From Anthoceros angustus (taxonomy: Eukaryota > Plantae > Anthocerotophyta): a stretch of 64,000 nt of DNA. The translations under genes and the position numbers were made by a program. Under the pieces are notes generated by a model. That model ran no database searches and was not told the DNA's origin. It saw only the letters and a list, made by a program, of their open reading frames with translations. This document shows, piece after piece, positions 38,200 to 51,127 of the stretch (position 1 is the stretch's first letter; every line of letters starts with the position of its first letter). Location of the stretch: positions 3,676,809 to 3,740,808 of the forward strand of contig MU008158.1 in the NCBI GenBank assembly GCA_010909165.1, read 5' to 3'.

Positions 38200-38400
38200 C
38201 CAAATGCTGCGTATGGAGTAGCCAGCACGTCCGTCACCTCTGTGAGATTGGTGGACCAGGGTAGCGACCCCTTCTCCTGCTCCACCGCGAACACCAAACC
38301 GTTCCAGCTGGGGAAGTGGAGCACAGACGCCCGGCTCACCAGGCTGACCCGCTCCACGCATGCCCCCGCTCAGCTCATGCTCATGATAAGTGACCGGCGG
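38200..38400 (-). pseudogene. Fragment resembling a plant PQQ beta-propeller (polyvinyl-alcohol dehydrogenase-like) gene
   Basis: LHFPSWNGLVFAVEQEKGSLPWSTNLTEVT resembles the YFPSWNG.LYAV...GSL.W..NL..LT repeat. No remainder of the gene is seen. Confidence 0.45.
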
Positions 38401-38788
38401 CGGATGTGAAAGTGATTGTCGATATGGCTGTGAAAGTGTGTGTCCAACCAATGCCGTTTGCCCACGTTGCCACTGACGGTCGAATGTGAAACGGCGCTAC
38501 AACCAGTTCTATGAGCCGATGTGCAAGGGAGTCTGAACGCTTCTCAACTATGACATTTTACTTTACTCTCTTATTAACAGCAACACAATCTGTGCCGTCG
38601 AAGTGGGGACACTGGCCCACAGAAAGAATAATAAGAAAGCCCTTGTCCAAAATTGGTGGAAATAAATCTTGCCTCATAAAGCTCTGTAGATCCCAAGGTC
38701 CTGGCCAAATTGAAGTCCGTCGCGCAGCTCGCGAAGGCCAGAGGCAAGACAGTGTACAATAAAGCGGATAACCAAATCATAAGGTAGC

Positions 38789-41700
38789 TTACTGCAATTG
38801 GATTGTTTCTTCTAGCTCACGGACCACAGAATCCATGCTAGGTCTTTGGGTGGCGTCAGACTCAACACATCGAAGAGCCAGCGCTGTGTACTTGGACAGA
38901 GACTGCTCATTATAATCAATCCTCATTTTTGAGTCAACAATGTCATTAACTTTGCCTCCATTCAGAGATTGTTTCACCTGCTCAGCAACAAGCACAGCAA
39001 ATCAGTCAAATGTACCTAGGTTAACTCAAGGTAAAGCATAAGAAGTGAAGCACCCGGGTGGTTTGTACCCACCCAGTCCACAAGTTGCATGTGAGTATCA
39101 TAGGGAGGGAATTTGGACACAGGTTGCCTTCCACACAAAATTTCGAAGAGCACAACCCCAAAACTGTAAACATCGCTCTTCTCTGTCAATTGATCTATGA
39201 CAAGAGATCTGTGACAAAGGTGGAACGAAATTAGAAACACGGTAATCAGAAAGTAAAAAACGGAGCGCAATGGTCATTAAGTGCATCACGTACTCTGGGT
39301 CAGCATAGCCAAGACGTTGAGTGCTAGAAACACTGCCACTGCCACTGAGAAAGGAGATCTCGGGGTCTGTGCTCTTGAGCCCTGCATTTGCAATCTTGGC
39401 TTCAAACAGATCGTTGAGAAGAATGCTTGTGCTGCTTATGTCACCGTGAATGACAGGGGGGCTGAACCTGTTATGAAGGTAGTCCACTCCTGCGTGATAA
39501 TGTACATGTCCGATGAATGAAGTCAGGGTGCTGCAGACCAACCTACTCCATATGACGGCGTTTGTAGACCAACATGCACCAGCAGCAGCAGAGCACACAT
39601 GATTCTTGCCAAATAAAAGGAAACTTCGAGCTACCTTTCGCAGCTCCTAAAGCCACATTCAGGCGCTCTCTCCAACTTAAAACTCTCGAGTTGGCTGGAT
39701 CTGTGCTCATACACGGCACGATGTCAGATGTCACATGTTCGGCTCACGTTGGGACAAAGCAATGAAGGACAGGAGGTTACCATGAAGCAGCTTGTGCAGT
39801 TCCCCTCCATCCATCATCTCATATACAAGGATTTGCCTCGAGCCGTCCAGACAGAATCCAACAATAGGCACGACATTTGGATGCCTAAGCTTTGAGATGA
39901 GATCAATCTGACCATGGGTCATAGTTTGTCAGGACGCCAACAAGGCTGACGCCGTGAGCTGAAATGACTAGCACGAAGGATAGGTAGGTTAGGACATGCA
40001 CCTTGTTCCTAAACTGGTCTTCTGGTATCAGAGCGAGTTCAGACAGCACCTTGACACCAACTTTTTTATTCTCTCTCAATAAAGTCCCAAGGAACAGCAC
40101 GCCCAGATCATCTTCTAAAAGCTTTGTTTTGAACTTGTTGGTTGCTTGCTTCAGTTCATCATAACGGAACTTCCGCACCAGTTCACCATCTTACCCAGAC
40201 CACCACAAGATGTCAACTCCATAAACGATAGCACACCGCATACGTAGAGAGTGCGCAGAGGTAAATCACGAAGTCTCACCTGCTTTCAGCAAGCCCGAGT
40301 TGCTGCTCAGTCTTAACAGGGGTGCTGTCACCACAACCCACAATTACATTGTGAGTCAGCTGACCCGTGATATCAAACACATTCAAACATAGCAGTTCCA
40401 AAGTTGTCATCAGGAGGAGGGTGCAGGGCTTGCTGACCTTTCTTCCAGTCTTTTCTGCGCAGATTTCCAGTGTACTTTCCAATACTTGGAAGGTTCAGTC
40501 TTTCACGGTAGCTCAAACGTTTGACATTCTCAGTTCTTGGTTTGGTAGACTTTCTTTCAGATAAATACCAGACGAGAATAGCCAAAAGGAGTAGCAGCAC
40601 AATGAGCCCGCCACCCACGCCACCAATAATTTTGGCGAGCTTGTCCTTGTTTGAGGAACTTTGCGGTCTTGACGGACGTGCATAGTCAGGGGTTGCATTG
40701 CTAGGTGATTGACCCGAACATGCAGTGTCCACGGTACTACAGAGCTGATTTCCGCCACCATAGTATCTGCGATAGAATCAGAAAGGTAAAAGCACACAGT
40801 GATTACATGCTCAACGTTGCCAGAAGCCAGTAATCTCCACTACATTCCTCAGCAGATGAAAGAAGCCTGGGTTGATAATTTACATGAAGTTGGAACCAAG
40901 GCTATTCAAATCATCTGAAAAAGATCCAGTGAAATCGTTGTTCTGGACAAAGCTGCACCCAGAGAACGGCATTAACATGTATAGGCCCTGTGACCTCTCA
41001 AACAACGTATGGCAGGCTCATGTGCTGCAGCCACAAGTGAGAGCCACTTACACTTGTGTCAAATTAGGCATGTTGGAGGTGTTCAGCCACAATGGAAAGG
41101 TCCCATTCAAGTTATTATCTGCAAGATTTCTGTCCATCCAAAGGCGACAAAACACCAATGTGACCAACAGCAGAATTATCGATGCGCGTAACTGACAAGA
41201 AAACGGAAATGATATGGCCAGGATCTTGTCAGAATCCATGACACAAACCACCAACCAGAAGACCTTGACAGACAGCGAAGGCTTACAGAATTGCGAGACT
41301 CCTTAGATCGCTGAGGGCATCTGGAATCGGCCCGAAGAGGCCTTGATCACTGAGATCCCTGCAATTCATTCGAAACGGGAAAAGGCTTAGAGGTCCAGCG
41401 ACCTGCAGAGACAAATCGCCTGACAAACTTTCTGTCGCTTGCATGGCAGGGGATGGTTATAGGACAGCTCACAATTGAGTCAAAGCAATCAGAGCCCCAA
41501 GTTCTTTGGGCATGCGAGTACTCAGTTGGGGCAGTCCTCCCGCAAGGACGCTGCAACACGACGATAGGACGATGAGGACGAGCTACAAGTTCACATGACA
41601 TACTACCACATTGTAGTTCAGACCTGGCCCAGGTCCAGTCCCAGAGTAGTGTCTTTAACAAGAAGACAAGATCTGGCAATGGACATCCGAGAAAATACTT

Positions 41701-43358
41701 ACATGCCCACAACTCGAGGTGAGGCGTCAAATGAGCATGTAACTCCATCCCATGGGACAGGCAAGCATGGATCCCCCACCCAACGGGCTATGCGAAATAA
41801 GTTCTTGATGGCGTTCATGGCCGATACTGGAATGCATACACAGCGGAGTTAGGTCCAAGTGAATCAACACTCCCACTGTGCAGCTCAAGTGGAGGAACCG
41901 AATGTACGCCCATGTCCGATGCTCTTATCTCCTACACCTACAGAAGGCTAAGCCGCACAGCAGCAAAGAAGGCAAAGAGCTTACCGTCTGAAGCATAAGT
42001 GCCACCGGAGATGGGGTGAATCGCATGAACTTCTAGGCCGCTAATTATAGGGTCAACTCCCGAGCTTTTGTGCCTTGACAGACTGCAGGAGATGGTTGCA
42101 TGATTTGCAAAGACCTGACTGTCGAATCCAATTCGGTAGACAGCTAGTCTGCTTTCAAACCGTGTAGCATTCACCGAGAAATTGTCACACTGGAAACTCA
42201 GAAATGGGAGCTCAACAGCGGAGGCATTCAGCTCTGCGGAGAAGACAGAGATGTAGAGAGCAGCATAGGACTGTGAGGATCCTGATAACAGGGGATTGGG
42301 GAGAGAGAAGGAAATGGGAAGCAGAGGCACGGATGGTCTGATGGCCGTCTGCAAAACGGCCTGAGGAGGTTGGTCAGACGCAGATCCTGTGTAGACTATG
42401 GGAAGATTTGCAGAGAGAATCGAGAATTGCCTCACTAAATCAGGAAAATCCACAGTCCAATTCGACCACATCCGGTCATACATATCCTTCGGGTACCTGC
42501 ACCGCCACGACCCATAGTGTGAGCCAGCAAAAACCCTACAACAAACACCTGCGTCTCCAACAACCTCGGCCCGAATGCCCTCCACACGCACAAGAGGAAA
42601 CGAAGCGTTAGCCGTACCTCAGACTCGGGCCCCCGAAGTTGACACGCTTCACAGCGTACAGATTCACCGACGAAGAGGCCGTGATGGTGTAGGAGTGGAG
42701 AGGAAGCGGTCTGAGCTCAAGCGAGTTGATGAAGGGGTTCCCATATCCGCCTCGGAGGAGACAAACCGCAATGGACGACGACCTGGCAGTGAAGAGCGCC
42801 TCGTAGTAGACGGGCGTGGAAGAAGTATCCAATTTCACGGAATCCACCCACATAGTAGCCCCGAGCGAGAGCCCGAACTGGGGAGTCTCCCCCATCTGAT
42901 CGTAGTTCCCGTACAGAAAGCCCGCCCGCACAATGTAGGCCGCGCCCACGGTGGCCAGGGGCAATGTGTAGCAATTCTTCTGGAAGGCGGTGAAAAATCG
43001 CAGCGCCTGCAGCTCGAAGGAGCCCCCCCGCACACCCGTGAAGCCCGCCCCCGTGGCCACGTAATTCACGTCGGACTGCCATTGTATCTGATTCGAGCTG
43101 GTGAAGGGCTGCCCGCTGACGTAGCCGCAGGCGAGGCTGAGGAATCCTGTCCCACCCACCACGCAAAGAGGCGAAGCAAGGCAAAGCTCAGTCCAGCAAC
43201 CCACATTGCATCATTTCAATGCACCGCCCCGCATTCAGCTGCATTCCGCTGGGTTGGGAATCCGAGTTACCTGCTCCCAGCGACTGTCCCGCAGCTGCCT
43301 GCAGGTGCAGCAAGGCCAGCAGCGCCGGGAGGAGCCTGCGCAGAGCCGCGGCGGCCAT
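38789..43358 (-). CDS. Malectin-like/LRR receptor-like kinase (LRR-I type) with a degenerate (pseudo)kinase domain
   Basis: Signal exon MAAAALRRLLPALL, then GFLSLACG, PFINSLELR, RYPKDMYDRMW, GDPC, LRR exons and TM IIGGVGGGLIVLLLLLAILVWYL. Kinase has LLEDDLG, HGDISSTS, NAG, GYADPEY and KSDVYSFG. Confidence 0.87.
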
Positions 43359-44887
43359 AACGCACCCAGCTGGAAGCTCCCCGCTTTCAATTCGATGGTG
43401 CCGGCATTGCGCGCGGTGAGGTCACAGGAGGCGGGTCCGGGCGGGCCGGCGCGTCCGGGGCTGCGGCATGGGGAGGGAGGTTAGAGGAGGGGCGCGGTGG
43501 TGTTAGCGAGGCGTGAAGTGCAGTAATGGAGCGCAGCGCGGGATTAGCAGGAGGCGGGGCGGGGGCGCAGGGCGGCGAGCCGGAGCGTGGGAAGGCGGGA
43601 TCGCGCGGGGCGGGGGGCGCGGATGGCCGCAATCCGGAGCTCCAGCGCCTGCTCCTCCAGTGCCCAGCACAGCAGCAGGCCGGGGAGAAAGGACGGAAGG
43701 AAGAAGGGAGGAAGGAAAGCGGAGGAGCGGGCGATGGTGGCCACTGGCCGGGTGGCGCCCAGTCCCAGCCCCGGCGGTCGCCCGCGGCCGACCGACCGAC
43801 CGACGCTCGTGGACGAGGAGTGTGGGTACGGAGGGGCAATAAATTAATGGCGAGAAATGGCGTCGCCGAGGGGAGAGCGAATCCAATCAGAGGCGGGGGC
43901 AGGCGCGGGCCCCGCCACCGCAGACACAGAGCCAGCGGGACTCCTGGCCTGGCATCTCGGGCTTTGGACTCTGTGCCTGCCGTGCCCACCCCGGCCTCCG
44001 CTGCCCGTATAGAAACGCAACGCTGCGGCCCAAAGAAACTCGGGGCTGGAGCTGGGCTCTGACATGACTTTCAAGCGCTCGCATCGCAGAAGCAGAACGG
44101 AAACTGCCCCTTTCAGCCATTCAGGCATTCAGGCATTCAGGCTCCACTCCCCGGCCCCCCACCCGCCAACGGCCGTTCGTCGCTCCTGTTCCTCCCCATT
44201 TCAAATCTCGCTTTTGGAGGTGAGACGTTGGGATCCCCATGAAATCGCGTCATGGCCATGGCCATGGCCCTCACCCCTCACCTTTTGCATGCCGTGCTTG
44301 CCCCTGGGCCCCACTCCTGTCGATATACGTACAAACAACTACACAACATACATATGTGTATGAACTCGAACATAAGCAACTTCACATGAACTCGTGCATG
44401 AAGGCACCGTCCTCCTCCTCTCTTATGCTACCTGCGGAGAAGCCAAAATTGTTGAATCCTTAAGCCTCCATGAAATAGAGATTAAGCACATGCTGTTCGT
44501 TGGTCGCATGAAGAAGGCATCTAATCCATTTGTGCATAAAGTAACTAAACAAAGGCAAGGAGACGCACCCAAAGTTGGTTAGAAAGGTTCTGGATAGTAA
44601 AGGGATCTGCAATTGTCTATCTGTTCATATAAGAATCTACGTGGTGGGACAGATCGCCTACGGTCTAGCTCCTACTATAGCTCTATTGTACTTGACAACA
44701 AGCTTGAGAAGATATTAATATATTTTCAAGGCCAGGGAGGGGTGAGTAATATGTATGTGTTTCCTGAGCGCATGCACCTTTTAGTAAACTTACTGGTTTT
44801 CCCCGTCTCTTTTTACAGCAATCCTTCTCTTGATTTCTCCTGGTCTATCGTGGCTTCTTGTGCTCCATCCACTTGTCCCTCGTGCAA

Positions 44888-45030
44888 CATATACTCCTCA
44901 CGTACCAAGACATGATGACTGGTTTCCTCTAGCGATACTCCTCACGTACCAAGACCTGGTTACTGGTCTCCTCTAATAATACTCCTCACGTACCAAGACC
45001 TGATTATTGGTTTCCTCTAACAATACTGTT
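44888..45030 (+). repeat. ~44-bp tandem repeat, about 3.3 copies
   Basis: ATACTCCTCACGTACCAAGAC....TGGT(T/C)TCCTCTA is repeated. Confidence 0.85.
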
Positions 45031-47480
45031 CTCTCATACCAAACTTTTGAGGAGTGTTCCCCCTGTAAGGATAAGCGCATCCAATTTATAACCCTACATA
45101 GTACACTCTGTCCAAGGCTAAGGGCATCATTAACCCATGTAGACATAGCTTCACCCAGATTTGTAGTTAATACATATTACAATAATGGCAAAGTTTTGTT
45201 GCACTTTTTCACGCAAGCCTAGTTTGTTACAACTTTAAAATGCAACACCCTCCCATCCTTCCTTGCCAAAGCACTTTAGGTTTCACTTTTTTGGAACTGC
45301 AACATAAAAAAGCAATAAAAATTGCAATAAGCATCATATTATCTAACATACTGTATGGGTCGAGAGCCTACAGCACAGTTTTGCAGACATCACCGATTTG
45401 GCTTATGATGTTGTCTCATCTTTTGTTAAGGCTGTGTCCTTTAGGGAACGATACCATATCCTTTCAATGTGAGGGTCATGTTCTAAGCAAAGAATGTGGC
45501 AAATGCTCATACAGGAGCTTTGGCTGGGCACATAATAAATAGGATCCGATTGCAAGTACCTTTTGTCAACCTTGTTGGGTTTTTTGTATAAGTTTGCAAT
45601 GTATGATGATAGCTAAGAGGATAAGATGCATAAACGGTACGCTCTTATTGGGCTTCTATTTGTGAAGAGAGAGGAGGCTATTTCCACGCATGTGTATGTT
45701 ATATGGCGGTGCGATCCTAACCGTCATGAAGTGTTCATTATTGAGAGGAATTCCAAGTCCATCTTTGATATAGCTCCTATCATATGCAATTTGGCAGCTC
45801 TTAGGTCCATGTTGGACAATCTTGTTTAAGCTCCAACCAATTTCTCAAGCCTTAGTGCTGGTTTTGGAAGATTTTGTTTGAGCTTTAACCAATCTTTTCA
45901 AGCCTTAGGGGAGGCTTGCACCGATGGGAGAAAAAGTTCAGCTCAATAGTGACACAGCCTTTGAATCTAGGCTTTGATATAATATATTCTCTTAATCTTA
46001 GCGCGTTTCAGAGTTATGATAAATAAAATTATTAATTTAAGCGTTAATTTTGATCAGATCCCTCTCCCCCGTCGAGGGGGCAAGGGATTGGTTCCATTGC
46101 CCCGGCAGGGAATTGGTTCCTTTGCAGGCCGGCTGGAAGTATGTTTCTGACTAGAGTTACACAATGTGACATAATTGCTCATGATAATTCACGTCCTCGA
46201 CAATGTCATCACATAGATGATTAAGTGGTTTGACAAAGAATGAGCGAGTCCCGGACTCCTTCCCATGTGCGCCCGTCCTTGCACTCAAATGCACGGTCGG
46301 GGCCATACTGTCAAGCCCGGAAGCCCTGCCCTGAGGCCCTTAGCTGGCCCGGATGAAAAGGTTACTGCTTGGTGGAGCTCTGGACGACAGCGACTCGACA
46401 AGCTCAGTCAGCCCGCCGCTGAATTCATTCATCACCCCAGCTGAGAGACAGATGGTATGTACTGTACATACACGGCTCCAAGTCCTCAGTCGTAGGCTGT
46501 CCAGACGGAGAAGCGTACGTGCAACCATGAATTCTGGAAGTCCTGTCCGGTAGTGCCATTTATCTTGCAGGAGATCGACGATCACCAACCCCAGAGAGCT
46601 GCGAGACCCACCTCCCAGAGTCTGAAGGCCAAGAACCCACCCACCAGTTCCTGGTCCCTGTCCACTACAAGCATAGGTAGGGCCAGGGACTCTCACAGCC
46701 TTCTGCGATGACGTCATAGCCATTTCGCCTAGCGCTGCCGAGCCCGCCCCCACGTTCCAAACTTCCAATCAACTCAGCAAAAGTATGTACGACCGCGGGC
46801 CGCAGCAGAGAAGATGAAGTCCGAGAGGCATTTCTGGGGCTTCGGACAAGCTCGCTTGCTTTTCCTAGGCTTTTGACGCCGCTACACGGGACTCTCGTCT
46901 ATGTGCGCACGTTTCCAAGCGTTACCATGTACAGCCGCAAGTTCCAGGGACGAGAGAGGCTTGTGAGATCCACCCAAGCTGCAACTTGGCCCACTCCCGC
47001 TCTTCCAACACGTCCGCTTGAGATATTGGAAGATAGCTCCCACCCTTATCTTGCCAAGGAACTTGAGAGTAGGGGAGGTCGACACAAGCCCGGGAACTTC
47101 TCAAAATTCTTTTGAGAGGTTGTACCCGAGGATGACAGTTGCTTGAGTATCCAGCAAAGTCCCCATGTTGCATGCGCAGCACCGGTGGGCTCTATGTCTA
47201 CAGCAGATGCGGACGACCCTCCAGGTATTTCCCAAGCGGTAGGCTGCGCAGGAACACACGACGGCAGTCAGCTTTCACACACACATTGTAATGTGTGAAC
47301 TAAAGAATGAGATATGCGGTCGGAAGGTCAGAATATCAATCCACAACCTTCTGGAACCATCGTGATGCTCATATTGTTTTATCGTGAACACTGGCTTGAG
47401 CATTACAGAGAGCTTACAGCACCCTGCAGGCTTGTTGAGGGCAAAAGCATCAACGACCAGCCGGAATAATTGTGCCTCAC

Positions 47481-50190
47481 TCACTGCTCCATGCCAGGTT
47501 CCTTGTTCCCCTCTGTCCTCTCCCGCTCCAACCTTTGCATCGATGTGATAAAGGCCTCCGCTCCAACTTCTGCTTTTCGCAAACCCTTTTCAACACGTTG
47601 GACTGCGATATGCAGTGTTTGGGGGTGGACTTTCAGAATCTTGGAGCAAACCTGCAGCACTTTAAAATAGTCCTTGTGGACACTGAAGTGCCCTGTTTTG
47701 CTTTTCACGAAAGAGTACCTCATATAGCCATCTGAATGAGACCTCCCCAGGAAGGGAGATATGCATTTAAAGCCCATGCGGTCCATTTCCTTGAGAACAT
47801 CATCCGAACTCCTACCAACTTCCTCTTCTCCTGCTGGAAAAGCCAAAGATTCTACGGCTGGGTCGTCAGAATCCGACTCAAAAGATACCCGCTCTTCAGA
47901 AGATTCATGTGTCTCGGTGTTGCCATTATCATGCAAACCACGGTTAACATTCGCTCTGCTCTCATGGCTGCCCCATGTCCCCTTCGATTTCGATGGCTCC
48001 AGAGCGGCTCCAACTTTCTTGCTGCCAGAGCTGTCACCGTTGGCTGCCATATTTTCCCTTGATTTCTGGACACAACAAGCCACAACCGAAGCCAAGCTAA
48101 AGACTTTCCTCGTTCCAGAAGCCAAAAGACAGCACAAATAAGAGACAAGAGAATCAGCTTATCAGTTTCTGATGCACTCCTCACCTGCTTAGGCAGCTTA
48201 TCATTCTTAAACAGCCGGCAAAATCGAGTCTGAAACTTTTGTTCATCAAAAGCAAGGTCCGTTCGAGGAAATATAACATCCTGGCAGTGCTTGGTATAAG
48301 ATGCCAGGTCCTCGTCAAATTCTGCACAGTCAAGCCAGACTGAATCTCAATACTAGCATCCTGTCATTAGACAATAATGACAACTGAGGAAAACAAGGGG
48401 AAACCCGTCATGTTGCTAGTAAGACTGAATACACAATTACTGAGGCAAGCAAGAGTGGCTGGAAGTCACGCTACCAAACATATCAGCAGTCTGTTGTATA
48501 GTTTCAAGCTTCCCCAGCATTTGACGTGCCGACCATTCATGGCAGCTCCTGGATTCCGTCTTTCCTTTGCCTTTTCCAGCTTTATTCAGCCCTGACTTGG
48601 AAGATCTTGGAGCATCATGGTGTTCCCTGTCTGCTGCTTCATTTGTTATCGAATTCTCTTCAACCCGGCTTTGACCATCAAGCTTGTAGAATATTTTCAA
48701 GATAACCACCAACATGGCCATAACATGCACACGTGTCGGAATAACTTCCTCTCTCGCGGACAGCCAAAGTTCAGCAGGAGTGTACCACTGGTATAGCCTA
48801 TCCCCATAAATCATCAAACGCTGTACAGGAAGCCCTAGTTGAGTTGAAAAGCGTGTAAAGATACCATGGAAGTTGACAGGAGGCACCCGTAATCCAATCC
48901 TGTCTGCTATGTGGCCGGCCAGGAGCTCCACATTCCGCGCACTTGTCATACTGTTTGGCTGGAACATGATCCTCACATTCAAAGGGAAGTGCATAGCTTC
49001 CTCCTGGACGACGCCATTTCGTGTCAGGGGCTTAACCAACTCGGTGAAGGCTGCAAGATAAGGCAACGACCCCTTGTACGCCCAGCCTGTGATGTCTGTG
49101 GGCAATATAGGCTCCCGAGCCATGTAGCAGGCCAAATACAGCACGGCGAGGGTAATTCTCAAAGGAAGCCTCTGCTTAAGAGCTCGCAGCCACACACCAG
49201 TGGCCTTCATATTGAAAGACGTTCGAGGCTCTTCGTGTCTAATTGCTACACCTGCCTTCCCCCCCTTTTCCCCCTGGCTCCCATTAATGTGGTCCACATT
49301 TCCATCTTCCTCCTCTTCCTCTACAGTCATTGCAGCACGGAAATACTCAGCACACGCTCCACAGGCTGCAATCTCCGACACACTGTTATGTGACAAGCCT
49401 GAGGAGCTAAAGGGTCACCTTTCTTGACTCGGCGCTTGTTGGCCACCTTGCTGTTCTCAGCCGCCTCAGCAGTGTCCAGCGCCTCCTGAGCCCAGTCTCT
49501 GTCACAAACGTGAGAAGCAGCCAGAAAGCGCGGCCAGATGGAGGCATAGATCCCGCAAATGAGAGGATTCACTTTAAACTTCTCCATCAACGTCTGGCAC
49601 TGCATTTGAATAATCCGCTCGAGCCCCTGGATGTAGGTCTTCCGCACGCTGTTGGAGAACTTCTCGAACAGGATGCTCTCCACCTGGGCCTTGAGCTCCG
49701 GGGCAGCCAGGGCGGCCAGATGTCTGCCCTCCTGAGACCGGCTCTGCGAGGAAGGCAGCGAGCCCTCGGCAGCGGCCTTGGAGGCGGCCTCGATCTGTGC
49801 CGCCAGGTAGCGGGCCGCAAACTTGGAGCCCAGATGCTGGCTGTACTGAAATGCTACCTGGTGGGCGAAGTCGGGGTACTGCGCCCCGAACACAGAGTCC
49901 GGCCCGCACTCGTCCAGGAAGGTGGCGAAGGGCGCATCCTCCAACTGGTCCCCGAAGATGGCCTCCAACTGAGTCTGCACCTTCGAGGCCAGAGCCTCGT
50001 TGCGGGCCACGTTGTACTCTCTCACCTGGGCGCGGCTGAAGCCGGCCTGCTGGTCATCGTCGAAGCACTCCTCCTGGAAGTTCTGCGACTGGGAGGCGCA
50101 CACGGTGCAGTACATGAACCCATCGTCCGCAAGCTCCAGCTCGGTCCCTCCGCAGGTGCTGCAGATGTTCAGGTCGTCGAAATAATCCAT
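47481..50190 (-). CDS. TAF1B: TATA-box-binding protein-associated factor, RNA polymerase I subunit B (RRN7/TAF1B/MEE12-like)
   Basis: N-terminal Zn ribbon CSTCGG..DDGFMYCTVC.SQS, then IIQMQCQ.L..KF, LAVLYLAC..AREPILPTDI..W...G.LPYLAAF and PTRVHVMAMLVVILKI. C-terminal GYMRY..HKDY..CSK..VHP..LH. Confidence 0.88.
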
Positions 50191-50591
50191 CCAGCTCTCG
50201 ATTGCCTGGATTCCTGCTCCACTCTGCCTCGCACTGAATAAGCCACTGCGCTGTGCTGGGCTGCCACCCCTCGCCGCCCTTCTCAGACTCTTTTGCGATT
50301 GGGCAAGAGCCGCGAATTCAATCCTTTCGTCAGCTCAACTCTCCACGATCGAAGCTCGTCTGTCCCAGCTAGCTCTGTACACGAAGCCGATCGAGAATCG
50401 AGACACTGCGTTCGTCATGTTGGCACACGCCGGCAAAGAATTCAACTCTTCAAACACAAACTCCCCAACTTATGTACACGACCTTTCGGTCCACCACTGA
50501 CATGCAGTCGGTTGAGGTTTTAGACGCCCTATTTATTGGGAACTCTATAAACAGGGAAGCCTGAACATTTTCTTAGATCCGTCCCAAAGTA

Positions 50592-50668
50592 GGACGTGGA
50601 TGGCCGGTCGGTTAGCATTAGGCTCTCGTAATTTGGAGACGCTAGTTCGAATTCGGTTCACTGTGTCC
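50592..50668 (+). other. tRNA-like sequence (pseudo-tRNA or SINE head)
   Basis: A-box-like TGGCCGGTCGG, a CT-CGT-AA loop and B-box GTTCGAAT at tRNA-like spacing, with GGAC..GTCC ends. Stems pair poorly. Confidence 0.35.
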
Positions 50669-51127
50669 GAATGAGGTGGAAGCGGAAGTGAGATCAGGCG
50701 AGGTCTAAGGGTCTCACCTCCTCCACCCTCATGTTCATGCCAGAAGAAGCCTTGACAAGGCTAGCGCCTCACATCCATGATGAACGATACCCAGCCAGTT
50801 GGAGATATCTGACGTCTCTAAACACTTGATTTCCGTGCTGATTGCCTCTCTAGAACTCTGGCTCAGGGCCTTTGCAAAGGGTTGTTCGCGGTGCATTGCC
50901 CGTTGCCGGTGGTGCCTGGCTGTATATGTATTCGTAGTGAGAGAAGGAGAGCATGCCTTATGGCAATGGAGATGGGCGAAGGGCCTCAAGGGTGAGAATT
51001 TCAATCAAGCAGGCCGAAGAACCGGTATCGGGTAAGGAGGGACGCTCCTCTTGTGCCCCTTCCTGCGACACCGGCTGCCATGCTGAAGTGTTGAAGTTCA
51101 GAGTTCCGCTTGCTTGGAGACACATGA

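Noticed and set aside
40023-40034. TGGTATCAGAGC, matching the tRNA-Met primer-binding site of LTR elements
   Set aside because: Lies inside a kinase exon of the minus-strand RLK with no adjacent LTR; chance match.
43387-44128. Several overlapping Pro/Arg/Gly-rich ORFs
   Set aside because: GC-rich promoter/5' UTR region of the minus-strand RLK; low-complexity translations only.
44888-45030. CRISPR-like appearance of ~44-bp repeats
   Set aside because: The intervening sequences are also repeated (no unique spacers), there are no cas genes, and the context is eukaryotic.
45030-45950. Possible decayed gag-like or TE coding sequence on the minus strand
   Set aside because: Only faint resemblance; no diagnostic motif or LTR pair could be identified.
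46340-47250. Possible small minus-strand gene
   Set aside because: No recognisable domain or convincing exon structure.
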